The position numbers were made by a program, and so were the translations under genes. Of a DNA stretch of 64,000 bases, positions 27,484-36,264 are shown in pieces. Position 1 is the stretch's first letter; each line of letters begins with the position of its first letter. The notes under the pieces are model-generated. The model was not told where the DNA came from. It was given only the letters and a program-made list of their open reading frames with translations, and searched no databases. The stretch lies in the NCBI GenBank assembly GCA_035292445.1, contig DATDQB010000017.1, positions 55,051-119,050 of the forward strand. Reading direction: 5' to 3'. Source of the DNA: Candidatus Omnitrophota bacterium. Its GTDB lineage: Bacteria; Omnitrophota; Gorgyraeia; Zapsychrales; Zapsychraceae.

Positions 27484-28860
27484 ATGACTAAACTATGGGG
27501 AAGCCGGTTCGAGAAAAAAAGCGATCCACTGGCGGATCAATTCAGCTTTAGTATTTCTTACGATTATCGCCTAGCCAAATACGACTGCCTAGTGGGGATC
27601 GCCCACGCGAAAATGCTGGCACAACATAAGATCATCCCGGCCAAAGATGCCCAGGACATCGTCAGCGGCCTTAAAAAGATCCTCAAGCAGATCGAAGAGG
27701 GAGTCTTTGTCATTGACCAGAGCGCCGAAGATATCCATACCCAGATCCAAGCTGTTTTAAAAGAAGAAGTGGGGGATGCGGCAGATAAACTGCACACGGC
27801 GCGTTCACGAAATGACCTGGTCGTTACGGACATGAAATTATATTGCTTGGAAAGCTATGAGGAACTCTGCGGCTTGCTGACAAAATTGCAAAAGACGCTT
27901 ATCGCTGCCGCAAAAAACCATACGGATACCGTTATCCCGGCGTACACGCATCTTCAGGCGGCGCAGGTCGTGTCGTTGGCCCATCATCTGTTGGCGTACG
28001 TGGAAATGCTGGATCGCGATAAATCTCGCCTTAAAGACGCGATCGATCGCGCCCATACCATGCCGTTGGGAAGCGCGGCGCTTTCTGGAACGTCCTTGCC
28101 CATCACGCGCAACGAAGTGGCCAAGGAACTGGGGTTCAAAGACATTGCCGCCAACTCTATCGATGCCGTCAGTGACCGCGACTTTATCATGGAAGGGCTC
28201 TCGGCCCTGGCGATCATGGCTGTCCATTTCTCGCGCATTGCCGAGGATCTGATCATCTGGTCGACCAACGAGTTTAAATTCATTGATATCGACTGGAGCT
28301 TATGCACCGGAAGCAGCATCATGCCCCATAAAAAGAATCCGGACATTCTGGAATTGATCCGGGGGGAAGCGGCAACGATCATCAGCAATCTTAATCAGCT
28401 GCTGGTTCTGGTCAAAGGGCTTCCTTTAACCTATAATCGAGACCTCCAGTTGGATAAGCCGCCTTTATTTGAATCGGTAGAAAAGATCGGCGTCATGTTG
28501 AAGCTGCTGGATAAAACATTTGCGACCCTTAAGATCAACCAGGCTGTCTTGGAAAAACGAACGCAGGATGAGTCTTTTTTTACGGTCGATATCATGGAAT
28601 ATCTGATCAAAAAAGGCGTTTCGTATCGAGAAGCTCATGATATCGTTGGAAAAATGGTGAAGGAATGCTTGGATCGTGGCGTTAAGATCTCTTCCTTGAG
28701 CAAAAATGAGTTGCAAAAGTACTCGGATCAATTCGAACTCGATGTGAAGAAGCTTTTAAACCCGAAAACGTCCGTTAAGATCAAAAAATCGTTTGGCTCG
28801 ACCAGCCCGTCATCGGTTGCGTACCAATTAAGAAAATGGGACAAAGAACTCCATGCATGA
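27484..28860 (+). CDS. argH: Argininosuccinate lyase
   Basis: KLWGSRF, HTARSRND, GSSIMPHKKNPD. Confidence 0.96.
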   Translation: MTKLWGSRFEKKSDPLADQFSFSISYDYRLAKYDCLVGIAHAKMLAQHKIIPAKDAQDIVSGLKKILKQIEEGVFVIDQSAEDIHTQIQAVLKEEVGDAADKLHTARSRNDLVVTDMKLYCLESYEELCGLLTKLQKTLIAAAKNHTDTVIPAYTHLQAAQVVSLAHHLLAYVEMLDRDKSRLKDAIDRAHTMPLGSAALSGTSLPITRNEVAKELGFKDIAANSIDAVSDRDFIMEGLSALAIMAVHFSRIAEDLIIWSTNEFKFIDIDWSLCTGSSIMPHKKNPDILELIRGEAATIISNLNQLLVLVKGLPLTYNRDLQLDKPPLFESVEKIGVMLKLLDKTFATLKINQAVLEKRTQDESFFTVDIMEYLIKKGVSYREAHDIVGKMVKECLDRGVKISSLSKNELQKYSDQFELDVKKLLNPKTSVKIKKSFGSTSPSSVAYQLRKWDKELHA

Positions 28861-30109
28861 TTTTAGATATAAAAATAAAGAGTTGCACTGCGAAGACGTT
28901 GCCGTAAGCCGCATCGCGCAAGAGGTGGGCACGCCGTTTTATCTCTACAGCCACCACACGCTCGTGGACCATTTCACCAAGATCCAACGCGCTTTTGCGC
29001 AGGTCAAGCCGCTCATCTGCTTTGCCATGAAATCGAACGACAACTTGGCCGTCATTAAAACGTTGGTCGGCCTGGGGGCGGGGCTCGATATCGTCTCCGT
29101 TGGGGAGCTCAAGAAAGCGCAAATGGTGAACGCGGATGCGAGAAAGATCGTCTTTGCCTCCGTAGGCAAAACGGCAGAAGAGATCTCCTATGCCATCGAA
29201 TCCGATATTTTATTTTTCAACGTGGAATCGCTGCCGGAGTTGGAGGAGATCAACCGTATCGCGACGAATTTGAAAAAAAGGACCCAGGCGGCACTGCGCA
29301 TTAACCCTGATGTGGCGGCACCGACGCATGCCAAGATCATCACAGGAACTTTAAAAAATAAGTTCGGCATCGATCTTAAAACAGCGCGGACCATGCTGCT
29401 CAACCAAAAAAAATATCCGTCTGTGCGCATCAGCGGCCTGCATGTGCATATCGGCTCGCAGATCACGACCAAGCAGCCCTTTATCAGCGCCATGAAAAAA
29501 GTGGTCGCTTTTATCGATGAACTGAAAAAAGACGGCGTCCGGTTGGAATACTTGGATATCGGTGGAGGCCTGGCCGCGATCTATAAGGACGAGAAGGTGC
29601 AAACGGCCCAGGATTTTGCCGATGCCATTCTGCCGTATTTGGAAAAGACGGGCCTTAAGATCATTATGGAGCCGGGGCGGTTTATCGTTTGCAACGCCGG
29701 TATTTTCGTGAGCAAAGTACTGTATCTTAAAGACAACGGATTGAAAAAATTCCTTATCGTTGACGGCGGGATGAACGACCTGATCCGCCCGTCGTTGTAC
29801 GACGCCTATCATGACATCTGGCCGGTCAGAAAAACGAACGCAAAGCCGATGAAGGTCGACGTGGTCGGCCCCATTTGCGAAAGCGGCGATTTTTTCGCTA
29901 AGGACCGCTATCTGCCGCCGATCAGGCCGGGAGAGCTCTTGGCCGTCATGGGCGCCGGCGCTTATGGGTATGTGATGGCCAGCAATTACAACGTTCGCGG
30001 ACGAGTACCCGAAGTGATGGTCAAAGGCGACCACTACGAAATCACGAAGCCCAGAGAAACGTTTGAAGATTTGGTCCGAGGCGAAAGGATCCCCTCATTC
30101 CTAAAATGA
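28853..30109 (+). CDS. lysA: Diaminopimelate decarboxylase
   Basis: FAMKSN, HVHIGSQI, EPGRF, VGPICESGD, SNYN. Confidence 0.96.
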   Translation: MHDFRYKNKELHCEDVAVSRIAQEVGTPFYLYSHHTLVDHFTKIQRAFAQVKPLICFAMKSNDNLAVIKTLVGLGAGLDIVSVGELKKAQMVNADARKIVFASVGKTAEEISYAIESDILFFNVESLPELEEINRIATNLKKRTQAALRINPDVAAPTHAKIITGTLKNKFGIDLKTARTMLLNQKKYPSVRISGLHVHIGSQITTKQPFISAMKKVVAFIDELKKDGVRLEYLDIGGGLAAIYKDEKVQTAQDFADAILPYLEKTGLKIIMEPGRFIVCNAGIFVSKVLYLKDNGLKKFLIVDGGMNDLIRPSLYDAYHDIWPVRKTNAKPMKVDVVGPICESGDFFAKDRYLPPIRPGELLAVMGAGAYGYVMASNYNVRGRVPEVMVKGDHYEITKPRETFEDLVRGERIPSFLK

Positions 30110-30930
30110 AAAAAATAAACTTTACAAAAATGGCCGGAGCGGGAAATGACTTTTTAGTTATAGCATCTGTCCCTAAAGGCGTGAATCTGAAAAAATTGGC
30201 CAGCAAAGCCTGCGACCGTACCAACGGCGTGGGCGCGGATGGGCTGTTGCTTCTTCAAAGATCCAAAAAGGCCGATTACAAAATGCGCATCATTAACGCC
30301 GACGGTTCCGAGGCGGAGATGTGCGGCAACGGCGCCCGCTGCATGGCGGCTTACATTGTCGCCGATAGAAAGCCAAAAAAGAAGATCTTTGCGATGGAAA
30401 CGCTCGCCGGGATCATCCAGGCCCAGGCTCAAGACGAGATGGCCACCGTAACGCTGAGCGACCCCAAAGATTACCGGGCCAACATCACGTTGGACCTGAA
30501 TGGAAAAAAGCTAAGCGTCAGTTATATCGACACCGGCGTTCCCCACGCCGTCGTCTATGTGCATGATCTGGAAAAAATCGACGTTACCAACATCGGCCCG
30601 TCCATTCGTCACCATAACCATTTTCAGCCACGGGGAACAAATGTTGACTTTGTACAGATAATCCGTCATAATTTGGTCGATTGCCGGACATATGAAAGAG
30701 GCGTAGAGGATGAAACCAAAGCCTGCGGGACAGGAAGTGTCGCCGCGGCGCTTATATCCTATTTACGCGCCAATCCGTCGGTCCATAACGTCAAAAAAGC
30801 CGAAATGAGCGTCAAAACAAAAAGCGGGGAAATCCTGAAAGTGACCTTCGACATCACCAAAGGACGTTTGCATAACGTTCAATTAAAGGGAAGCGCCAAA
30901 TTCATAGCGAGGGGGGAATACTATGTTTAG
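30106..30930 (+). CDS. dapF: Diaminopimelate epimerase
   Basis: GAGNDF, EMCGNGARC, ERGVEDETKACGTG. Confidence 0.96.
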   Translation: MKKINFTKMAGAGNDFLVIASVPKGVNLKKLASKACDRTNGVGADGLLLLQRSKKADYKMRIINADGSEAEMCGNGARCMAAYIVADRKPKKKIFAMETLAGIIQAQAQDEMATVTLSDPKDYRANITLDLNGKKLSVSYIDTGVPHAVVYVHDLEKIDVTNIGPSIRHHNHFQPRGTNVDFVQIIRHNLVDCRTYERGVEDETKACGTGSVAAALISYLRANPSVHNVKKAEMSVKTKSGEILKVTFDITKGRLHNVQLKGSAKFIARGEYYV

Positions 30931-31813
30931 TGGATCCATCGTAGCGCTAGTCACACCATTTAAAAATGACCGTGTTGATGAAAAAAAACTGAAAGAGTTG
31001 GTTGAATTTCATGTCAAGAACGGAACCAACGGTATCGTCCCTTGCGGAACGACGGGCGAATCCCCGACGCTTTCCCATGAAGAACACGACCGGGTCGTAG
31101 AGATCACTATCCAAGCGGCCGCCGGACGCATTCCCGTCATTGCCGGGACCGGATCCAATTCGACGGCGGAAGCGATCACCTTGACCAAACACGCAGCTAA
31201 AGCCGGCGCCAACGGGGCGTTGGTTGTGACCCCTTACTACAATAAACCGATGCAGCGCGGATTATATCTTCACTTTAAGGCCGTTGCCGACTCGGTGAAG
31301 ATCCCGATCGTTCTCTACAACATCGAAGGCCGCACGGCCAGGAATATCGAAACGGAAACGATCGTCAAACTACATAAAGACTGCAAAAATATTATCGGCG
31401 TCAAAGAAGCTTCAGGTTCTCTCAAGCAGGCGCGGGAAGTGAAAGAGGCCTGTGGCAAAAACTTCGTTTTACTCTCCGGTGACGATGCGCTCACGCTGGA
31501 TATGATGGAATTCGGCGGGGCCGGCGTCATTTCCGTTGTCGCTAACATCGTTCCTCAAGATGTGGCCGCCATGGTCAAAGCCTTTAAAGGCGGCGATAAA
31601 GCAAAGGCGCGTCAGATCAACGAAAGATTAAAGCCGCTCGTGGCTGCCATGTTTATCGAGACCAATCCCGTTCCCGTCAAAAAGGCGGTGGAACTATTAG
31701 GTATGTGCAGCGGCGAGCTTCGCCTGCCTTTGTGCGAGATGGAAGAGCGCAACGTTGAACGCCTCAAATCAGCCCTCGAACAATACGGACTCCTGACAAC
31801 CGCGAAAGGATAA
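30923..31813 (+). CDS. dapA: 4-hydroxy-tetrahydrodipicolinate synthase
   Basis: GTTGESPTL, PYYNKP, GVKEASG, ETNPVPVK. Confidence 0.96.
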   Translation: MFSGSIVALVTPFKNDRVDEKKLKELVEFHVKNGTNGIVPCGTTGESPTLSHEEHDRVVEITIQAAAGRIPVIAGTGSNSTAEAITLTKHAAKAGANGALVVTPYYNKPMQRGLYLHFKAVADSVKIPIVLYNIEGRTARNIETETIVKLHKDCKNIIGVKEASGSLKQAREVKEACGKNFVLLSGDDALTLDMMEFGGAGVISVVANIVPQDVAAMVKAFKGGDKAKARQINERLKPLVAAMFIETNPVPVKKAVELLGMCSGELRLPLCEMEERNVERLKSALEQYGLLTTAKG

Positions 31814-31815
31814 TC

Positions 31816-32544
31816 ATGGTGAAATTAGCCATCAGCGGCGCCCAAGGCCGCATGGGCCAGACCATTGCTAACCTGGCTGCCAAAGACAAAACAAACTTTC
31901 AGCTGGCAGCCCTTCTTGAACACAAAAACCATCCTAAAGCCAACGAAAAGGTCGTGGGGATCTCCGTCAGCACGGATAATAACGCTATCAAAGGCTGCGA
32001 TTGTTTGATCGAATTCACTTTGCCCGAGGCGACCATCGCCAATCTCGAAGCTTGCCTGCGGCACAGGGTCAAGATGGTGATCGGGACAACCGGGCTCAAC
32101 GAGCAACAAGAAAAAATAATCGGGGACGCTTCCCGGAAGATCCCTATTGTGTACGCCTCCAACATGTCGATCGGCGTGAACACATTATTTAAGCTCATCG
32201 AGATCTCTGGCAAAAGCCTTCAAGGGTTGACGGATATTTATATCGGTGAGACGCACCATATCCACAAAAAGGACAAACCTTCCGGCACGGCCAAGACGAT
32301 GAAAAAGATCGCCGAAGCCACCTCGCGACGCGAAGTCCGTTTTGATGAAAAAAACGTCAAACGCGAGGGAGAGGTCGTCGGCTATCACGAAATCACTTTT
32401 GAAACGGAATTCGATACGCTCAAGATAACCCACAACGCCAAAGACCGCAGCATGTTCGCCCTCGGAGCGCTTCAGGCCGCCAAATTCCTCAAGGATAAAA
32501 AAAGCGGCTTGTTCAACATGCAAGACGTCTTGGGATTGAAATAA
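31816..32544 (+). CDS. dapB: 4-hydroxy-tetrahydrodipicolinate reductase
   Basis: GAQGRMG, IGTTG, ETHHIHKKDKPSGTA. Confidence 0.95.
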   Translation: MVKLAISGAQGRMGQTIANLAAKDKTNFQLAALLEHKNHPKANEKVVGISVSTDNNAIKGCDCLIEFTLPEATIANLEACLRHRVKMVIGTTGLNEQQEKIIGDASRKIPIVYASNMSIGVNTLFKLIEISGKSLQGLTDIYIGETHHIHKKDKPSGTAKTMKKIAEATSRREVRFDEKNVKREGEVVGYHEITFETEFDTLKITHNAKDRSMFALGALQAAKFLKDKKSGLFNMQDVLGLK

Positions 32545-32566
32545 CTTCAACGAGAAAGGAACATCC

Positions 32567-33733
32567 ATGTCGGTGCCGATAGAATTTTCCGAACGGTTAA
32601 AGGCCTTGCCGCCTTATTTATTCCTGGAGATCGACCGGGCCAAGCGCGCCGCGATCGCCGAAGGCCGTGACGTGATCAACTTAGGCGTCGGGGACCCGGA
32701 TCTGCCCACGCCGGCCCATATCATTGACGCCATGAAAAAAGCGCTGGAAGACGGCAACAACCATCATTATGCTTTTGATTCCGGCTTACCGGCGTTAAAA
32801 CAAGAAATCGCCAAATGGTTCCAAGGCCGGTTCAACGTAAGTATAGACCCTAATTCAGAGATCTATCCTCTCATCGGCTCCAAAGAGGGACTGGCGCATT
32901 TGCCGTTGGGTATCATCAATCCCAAAGATAAGGTCCTTTTGACTGATCCGGCTTATCCGGCATATCGGCCCACGATCCAGTTTGCCGGCGGTAGAATAAT
33001 CGATCTACCGATGAAAGAACGAAACGGCTGGCTTCCGGAGTTAAAAAAGCTTGAAGAATCCAAAGACATTAAAATGATCGTCATCAACTATCCGAATAAC
33101 CCGACTGCCGGGGTGGCCACCAAAGAATTTTATGAAACCCTTGTGCGCCTCTGCCGGGAGAAAGGGATCATCATCGTCTCCGACATGGCCTATTCGGAGG
33201 TCTATTTTGACGGGCAGAAACCCATCAGCATCCTGGAGATCGAAGGCGCGAAGGAAGTCGCCATTGAATTCCATTCCTTCTCTAAAACATACTACATGAC
33301 CGGCTGGCGCATCGGCTGGGCCTGCGGCAACCCGACGTTAGTCGCGGCTTTAGGGAAAGTCAAATCTAACTACGATTCCGGTGTTTTCCAAGCTGTTCAA
33401 GTGGCCGCGATTAAAGCCCTTCATAGCGACCCGTCCGTCACCAACAACATGCGTGCGCTCTTTCAGGAACGCCGCGACTATATGATCAACGGCTTGCGCA
33501 GTTTGGGCTGGAAGATCCCTCCCCCCAAAGCCTCCTTTTACGTTTGGGCCAAGATCCCTAAAGGGTTCAGCTCATCGATGGAAACGGCCCAAGCATTCCT
33601 TGATAAAGCCGATATCGTTATTACACCGGGCAATGGTTTTGGAAAAGGGGGAGAGGGCTATGTCCGCATGACCCTGACCGTGCCGAAAGAAAGAATCAAC
33701 GAAGCTGTCGAACGTTTAAGAAAGGTTTTGTAA
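32567..33733 (+). CDS. dapL: LL-diaminopimelate aminotransferase
   Basis: PPYLF, LIGSKEG, NYPNNPT, SFSKTYYMTGWRIG; within the dap cluster. Confidence 0.88.
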   Translation: MSVPIEFSERLKALPPYLFLEIDRAKRAAIAEGRDVINLGVGDPDLPTPAHIIDAMKKALEDGNNHHYAFDSGLPALKQEIAKWFQGRFNVSIDPNSEIYPLIGSKEGLAHLPLGIINPKDKVLLTDPAYPAYRPTIQFAGGRIIDLPMKERNGWLPELKKLEESKDIKMIVINYPNNPTAGVATKEFYETLVRLCREKGIIIVSDMAYSEVYFDGQKPISILEIEGAKEVAIEFHSFSKTYYMTGWRIGWACGNPTLVAALGKVKSNYDSGVFQAVQVAAIKALHSDPSVTNNMRALFQERRDYMINGLRSLGWKIPPPKASFYVWAKIPKGFSSSMETAQAFLDKADIVITPGNGFGKGGEGYVRMTLTVPKERINEAVERLRKVL

Positions 33734-33734
33734 C

Positions 33735-34163
33735 GTGGGCGTTTATCTTGGATTAGGCTCCAATCTGGGAAACCGTCAGGAAAACCTCACCAAAGCCATT
33801 GCGTTGCTGAAAGAAAAAGGCATAACGGTGCTGGCGCATTCCTCTGTTATTGAAACCGACCCCGTTGGCGGGCCGCCGCAGGGGAAGTATCTGAACGCCG
33901 TTATCCAGATCTCAACGCATCTTTCTGCCAACGAACTTTTATCCGTTTGCCAATCCGTTGAAAAACAAATGGGGCGCGTCAAAACGGTGCCCAACGGCCC
34001 CCGCACTATCGACATTGATATTTTGCTCTACGACAACGTTGTCCTGACGAGCGCATCGTTGACCATTCCGCACCCCCGCATGTTCGAACGCGCATTCGTG
34101 ATGATGCCTTTAAAAGAGATCGCGCCTCACATCAGCAAAGAACATTTTTATGCGAATCATTAA
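33735..34163 (+). CDS. folK: HPPK, copy 2
   Basis: LGLGSNLG, GPRTIDIDIL, IPHPRMFERAFV. Confidence 0.92.
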   Translation: MGVYLGLGSNLGNRQENLTKAIALLKEKGITVLAHSSVIETDPVGGPPQGKYLNAVIQISTHLSANELLSVCQSVEKQMGRVKTVPNGPRTIDIDILLYDNVVLTSASLTIPHPRMFERAFVMMPLKEIAPHISKEHFYANH

Positions 34164-34998
34164 ATCCTCCCAACGCCTGCAGCGGATCGTCCGTCAGCTT
34201 AGAAAAAAAAATAAAACGATCGGATTTGTCCCTACGATGGGCGCGCTTCACGAAGGGCACCTATCGCTCATCCGCAAGGCCAAAAAAGAAAATGATATTT
34301 GCCTCTTGAGCATCTTCGTCAACCCGCTTCAGTTCGGCCCCCGAGAAGATTTCCATCATTACCCCCGCCCGGTACGCTCAGATAATTTGTTGGCAAAAAA
34401 AGAAAAAGTTGATATAATATTTCATCCGTCGGGAAAATCGATGTACCCTTCGGGCTTTTTGACAACCGTCGAGGTGGCGCAATTAAGCGATGCGTTATGC
34501 GGCCGCAGCCGGCCCGGGCACTTTCGCGGTGTCACGACGGTCGTGGCCAAGCTGCTTAATATCGTCGGACCCAATATTATGTATTTGGGACAGAAGGATG
34601 CGCAGCAGGCCATCATTTTAAAAAGAATGGTTGCAGATTTAAATTTTCCGACTACAATAAAAATATGTCCGACGGTAAGGGAAAAGGGCGGTTTGGCGCT
34701 AAGTTCGCGCAATAAGTATCTAACGGCCCGGCACCGTCAGCAAGCTGCCATTCTTTATCGATCTTTAAAAGAAGCCAAAGGGAAAATCAAAAGCGGGGAA
34801 CGACGCGCCACAGCCATCATCCGGCACATACGTTCCCGCATCGAAAAAATGAGCGCGGGGCGCATCGATTATGTGGCCTGCGTTGATGCGCGAACGCTGG
34901 TTCCACTTCAAACGATCAGAGGCCACGTGATGCTCGCGTTAGCCGTGAAGTTCGGTGAAGCCAGACTCATTGACAACATTATCTTTAAGGTTTCATGA
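34150..34998 (+). CDS. panC: Pantoate-beta-alanine ligase
   Basis: PTMGALHEGH, RPGHFRGV, GQKDAQQ, LSSRN, RLIDN. Confidence 0.96.
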   Translation: MRIIKSSQRLQRIVRQLRKKNKTIGFVPTMGALHEGHLSLIRKAKKENDICLLSIFVNPLQFGPREDFHHYPRPVRSDNLLAKKEKVDIIFHPSGKSMYPSGFLTTVEVAQLSDALCGRSRPGHFRGVTTVVAKLLNIVGPNIMYLGQKDAQQAIILKRMVADLNFPTTIKICPTVREKGGLALSSRNKYLTARHRQQAAILYRSLKEAKGKIKSGERRATAIIRHIRSRIEKMSAGRIDYVACVDARTLVPLQTIRGHVMLALAVKFGEARLIDNIIFKVS

Positions 34999-35831
34999 AG
35001 TCACCAAATTACCGGGTTAAAATCGGCATCGTTGGATGTGGCGCCATCGGCTCAAGAATGGCCCGAACGATCCACCGCGACTTCAAGAAAGATTGCCGGT
35101 TGGTCGGCCTTTATGACATTAAACCGTGGAAGGTCAAAGAATTAGCCCGAACACTTTCGCTGAAAGTCGATCCCAATATTAGCTTGAAAGAACTTATAAA
35201 AAAGAGCGATTGCATGATCGAAGCCGTCAACGCCCCCACGACGCGCCCCATTATTGAAGCATCTTTAAAGGCCGGAAAAACCATTTTGGCCATGAGTGTC
35301 GGCAAGCTCCTCAAACATCCTGATCTTTTTAAGTTGGCCAGAAAAAAGAAATGCTATATTCTCTTGCCCTCCGGGGCCATTGCCGGAGTGGATGCGATCA
35401 AAGCCGCCAGCTTAGGCAAAATCAATAAGATCACCCTGACCACCCGAAAACCTCCTGCGGGGCTCATCAACAATCCTTATCTCATGAGACGAGGGATCAA
35501 CCTATCAAAAATCAAAAAAGAAACAGTTCTTTACGATGGCGGCGTGGACAAGGCCGTCAAAAATTTTCCGCAAAACATCAATGTCGCCGCTACGATCGCG
35601 CTGGCTTCCCAGATCCGAAAAAATAAAAGTAAGATCCGCATCCGAATCTTAACGTCTCCCCACTATAAAAAAAACATCCACGAGGTGACTGTCGAAGGGG
35701 ATTTCGGCCGTATCCACACACGCACGGAAAACGTTGCCTGCCCGGATAATCCTAAAACCAGTTACCTCGCAGCTCTCTCCGGGTTGCAAACACTTAAGCA
35801 ATTCTGCACCGGCATTGTTATTGGGACATGA
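34995..35831 (+). CDS. nadX: L-aspartate dehydrogenase
   Basis: GCGAIG, PSGAIAGVD, FPQNINVAA, NPKTS. Confidence 0.9.
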   Translation: MKSPNYRVKIGIVGCGAIGSRMARTIHRDFKKDCRLVGLYDIKPWKVKELARTLSLKVDPNISLKELIKKSDCMIEAVNAPTTRPIIEASLKAGKTILAMSVGKLLKHPDLFKLARKKKCYILLPSGAIAGVDAIKAASLGKINKITLTTRKPPAGLINNPYLMRRGINLSKIKKETVLYDGGVDKAVKNFPQNINVAATIALASQIRKNKSKIRIRILTSPHYKKNIHEVTVEGDFGRIHTRTENVACPDNPKTSYLAALSGLQTLKQFCTGIVIGT

Positions 35832-35860
35832 TTTTAAAAAAATGGAAAGGAGGTGACACC

Positions 35861-36118
35861 ATGGCAGAAAAAGTCGCTAAGGTAGGTATCAAAAAGCAAA
35901 AAGGATACCTCTATTTCGTTGACAAGAAAGGCGACATTTCTTGTGCAAAGATGGCTCGAGGCAGCAAAAAGGGGGGTTCCCCCAAGAAAGTTGCCAAAGT
36001 CGGCATCAAGAAGAAAGCTGGTTTTCTTTACTTCATCGACAAACGCGGAGACATCTCCTGCGCAAAAATGGTTCGCGGCGGTAAGAAAAAAAAGAGAAAA
36101 GCCAAAAAAAGAAAATAA
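35861..36118 (+). CDS. Small highly basic protein with a tandemly duplicated ~31-aa unit and a Lys-rich tail
   Basis: GGAGGT RBS; KVAKVGIKKQKGYLYFVDKKGDISCAKMARG / KVAKVGIKKKAGFLYFIDKRGDISCAKMVRG; followed by a terminator. Confidence 0.85.
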   Translation: MAEKVAKVGIKKQKGYLYFVDKKGDISCAKMARGSKKGGSPKKVAKVGIKKKAGFLYFIDKRGDISCAKMVRGGKKKKRKAKKRK

Positions 36119-36142
36119 AGCTGGCTTTTGCACGATCAATAT

Positions 36143-36182
36143 AAAACGGCCCTTTTACGAACAATCGTATAAGGGCCGTTTT
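36143..36182 (+). terminator. Intrinsic terminator
   Basis: aaaacggccctt...aagggccgtttt hairpin. Confidence 0.75.
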
Positions 36183-36191
36183 AATTAAATA

Positions 36192-36220
36192 TTGACGTTG
36201 CCCATCCTTTCCTCTATATT
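36192..36220 (+). promoter_or_regulatory. Promoter of uvrA
   Basis: TTGACG-17-TATATT. Confidence 0.55.
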
Positions 36221-36264
36221 GAATCCCGATTCTTTTTCAACCATCCTTAAAACCGCAAACTGCC

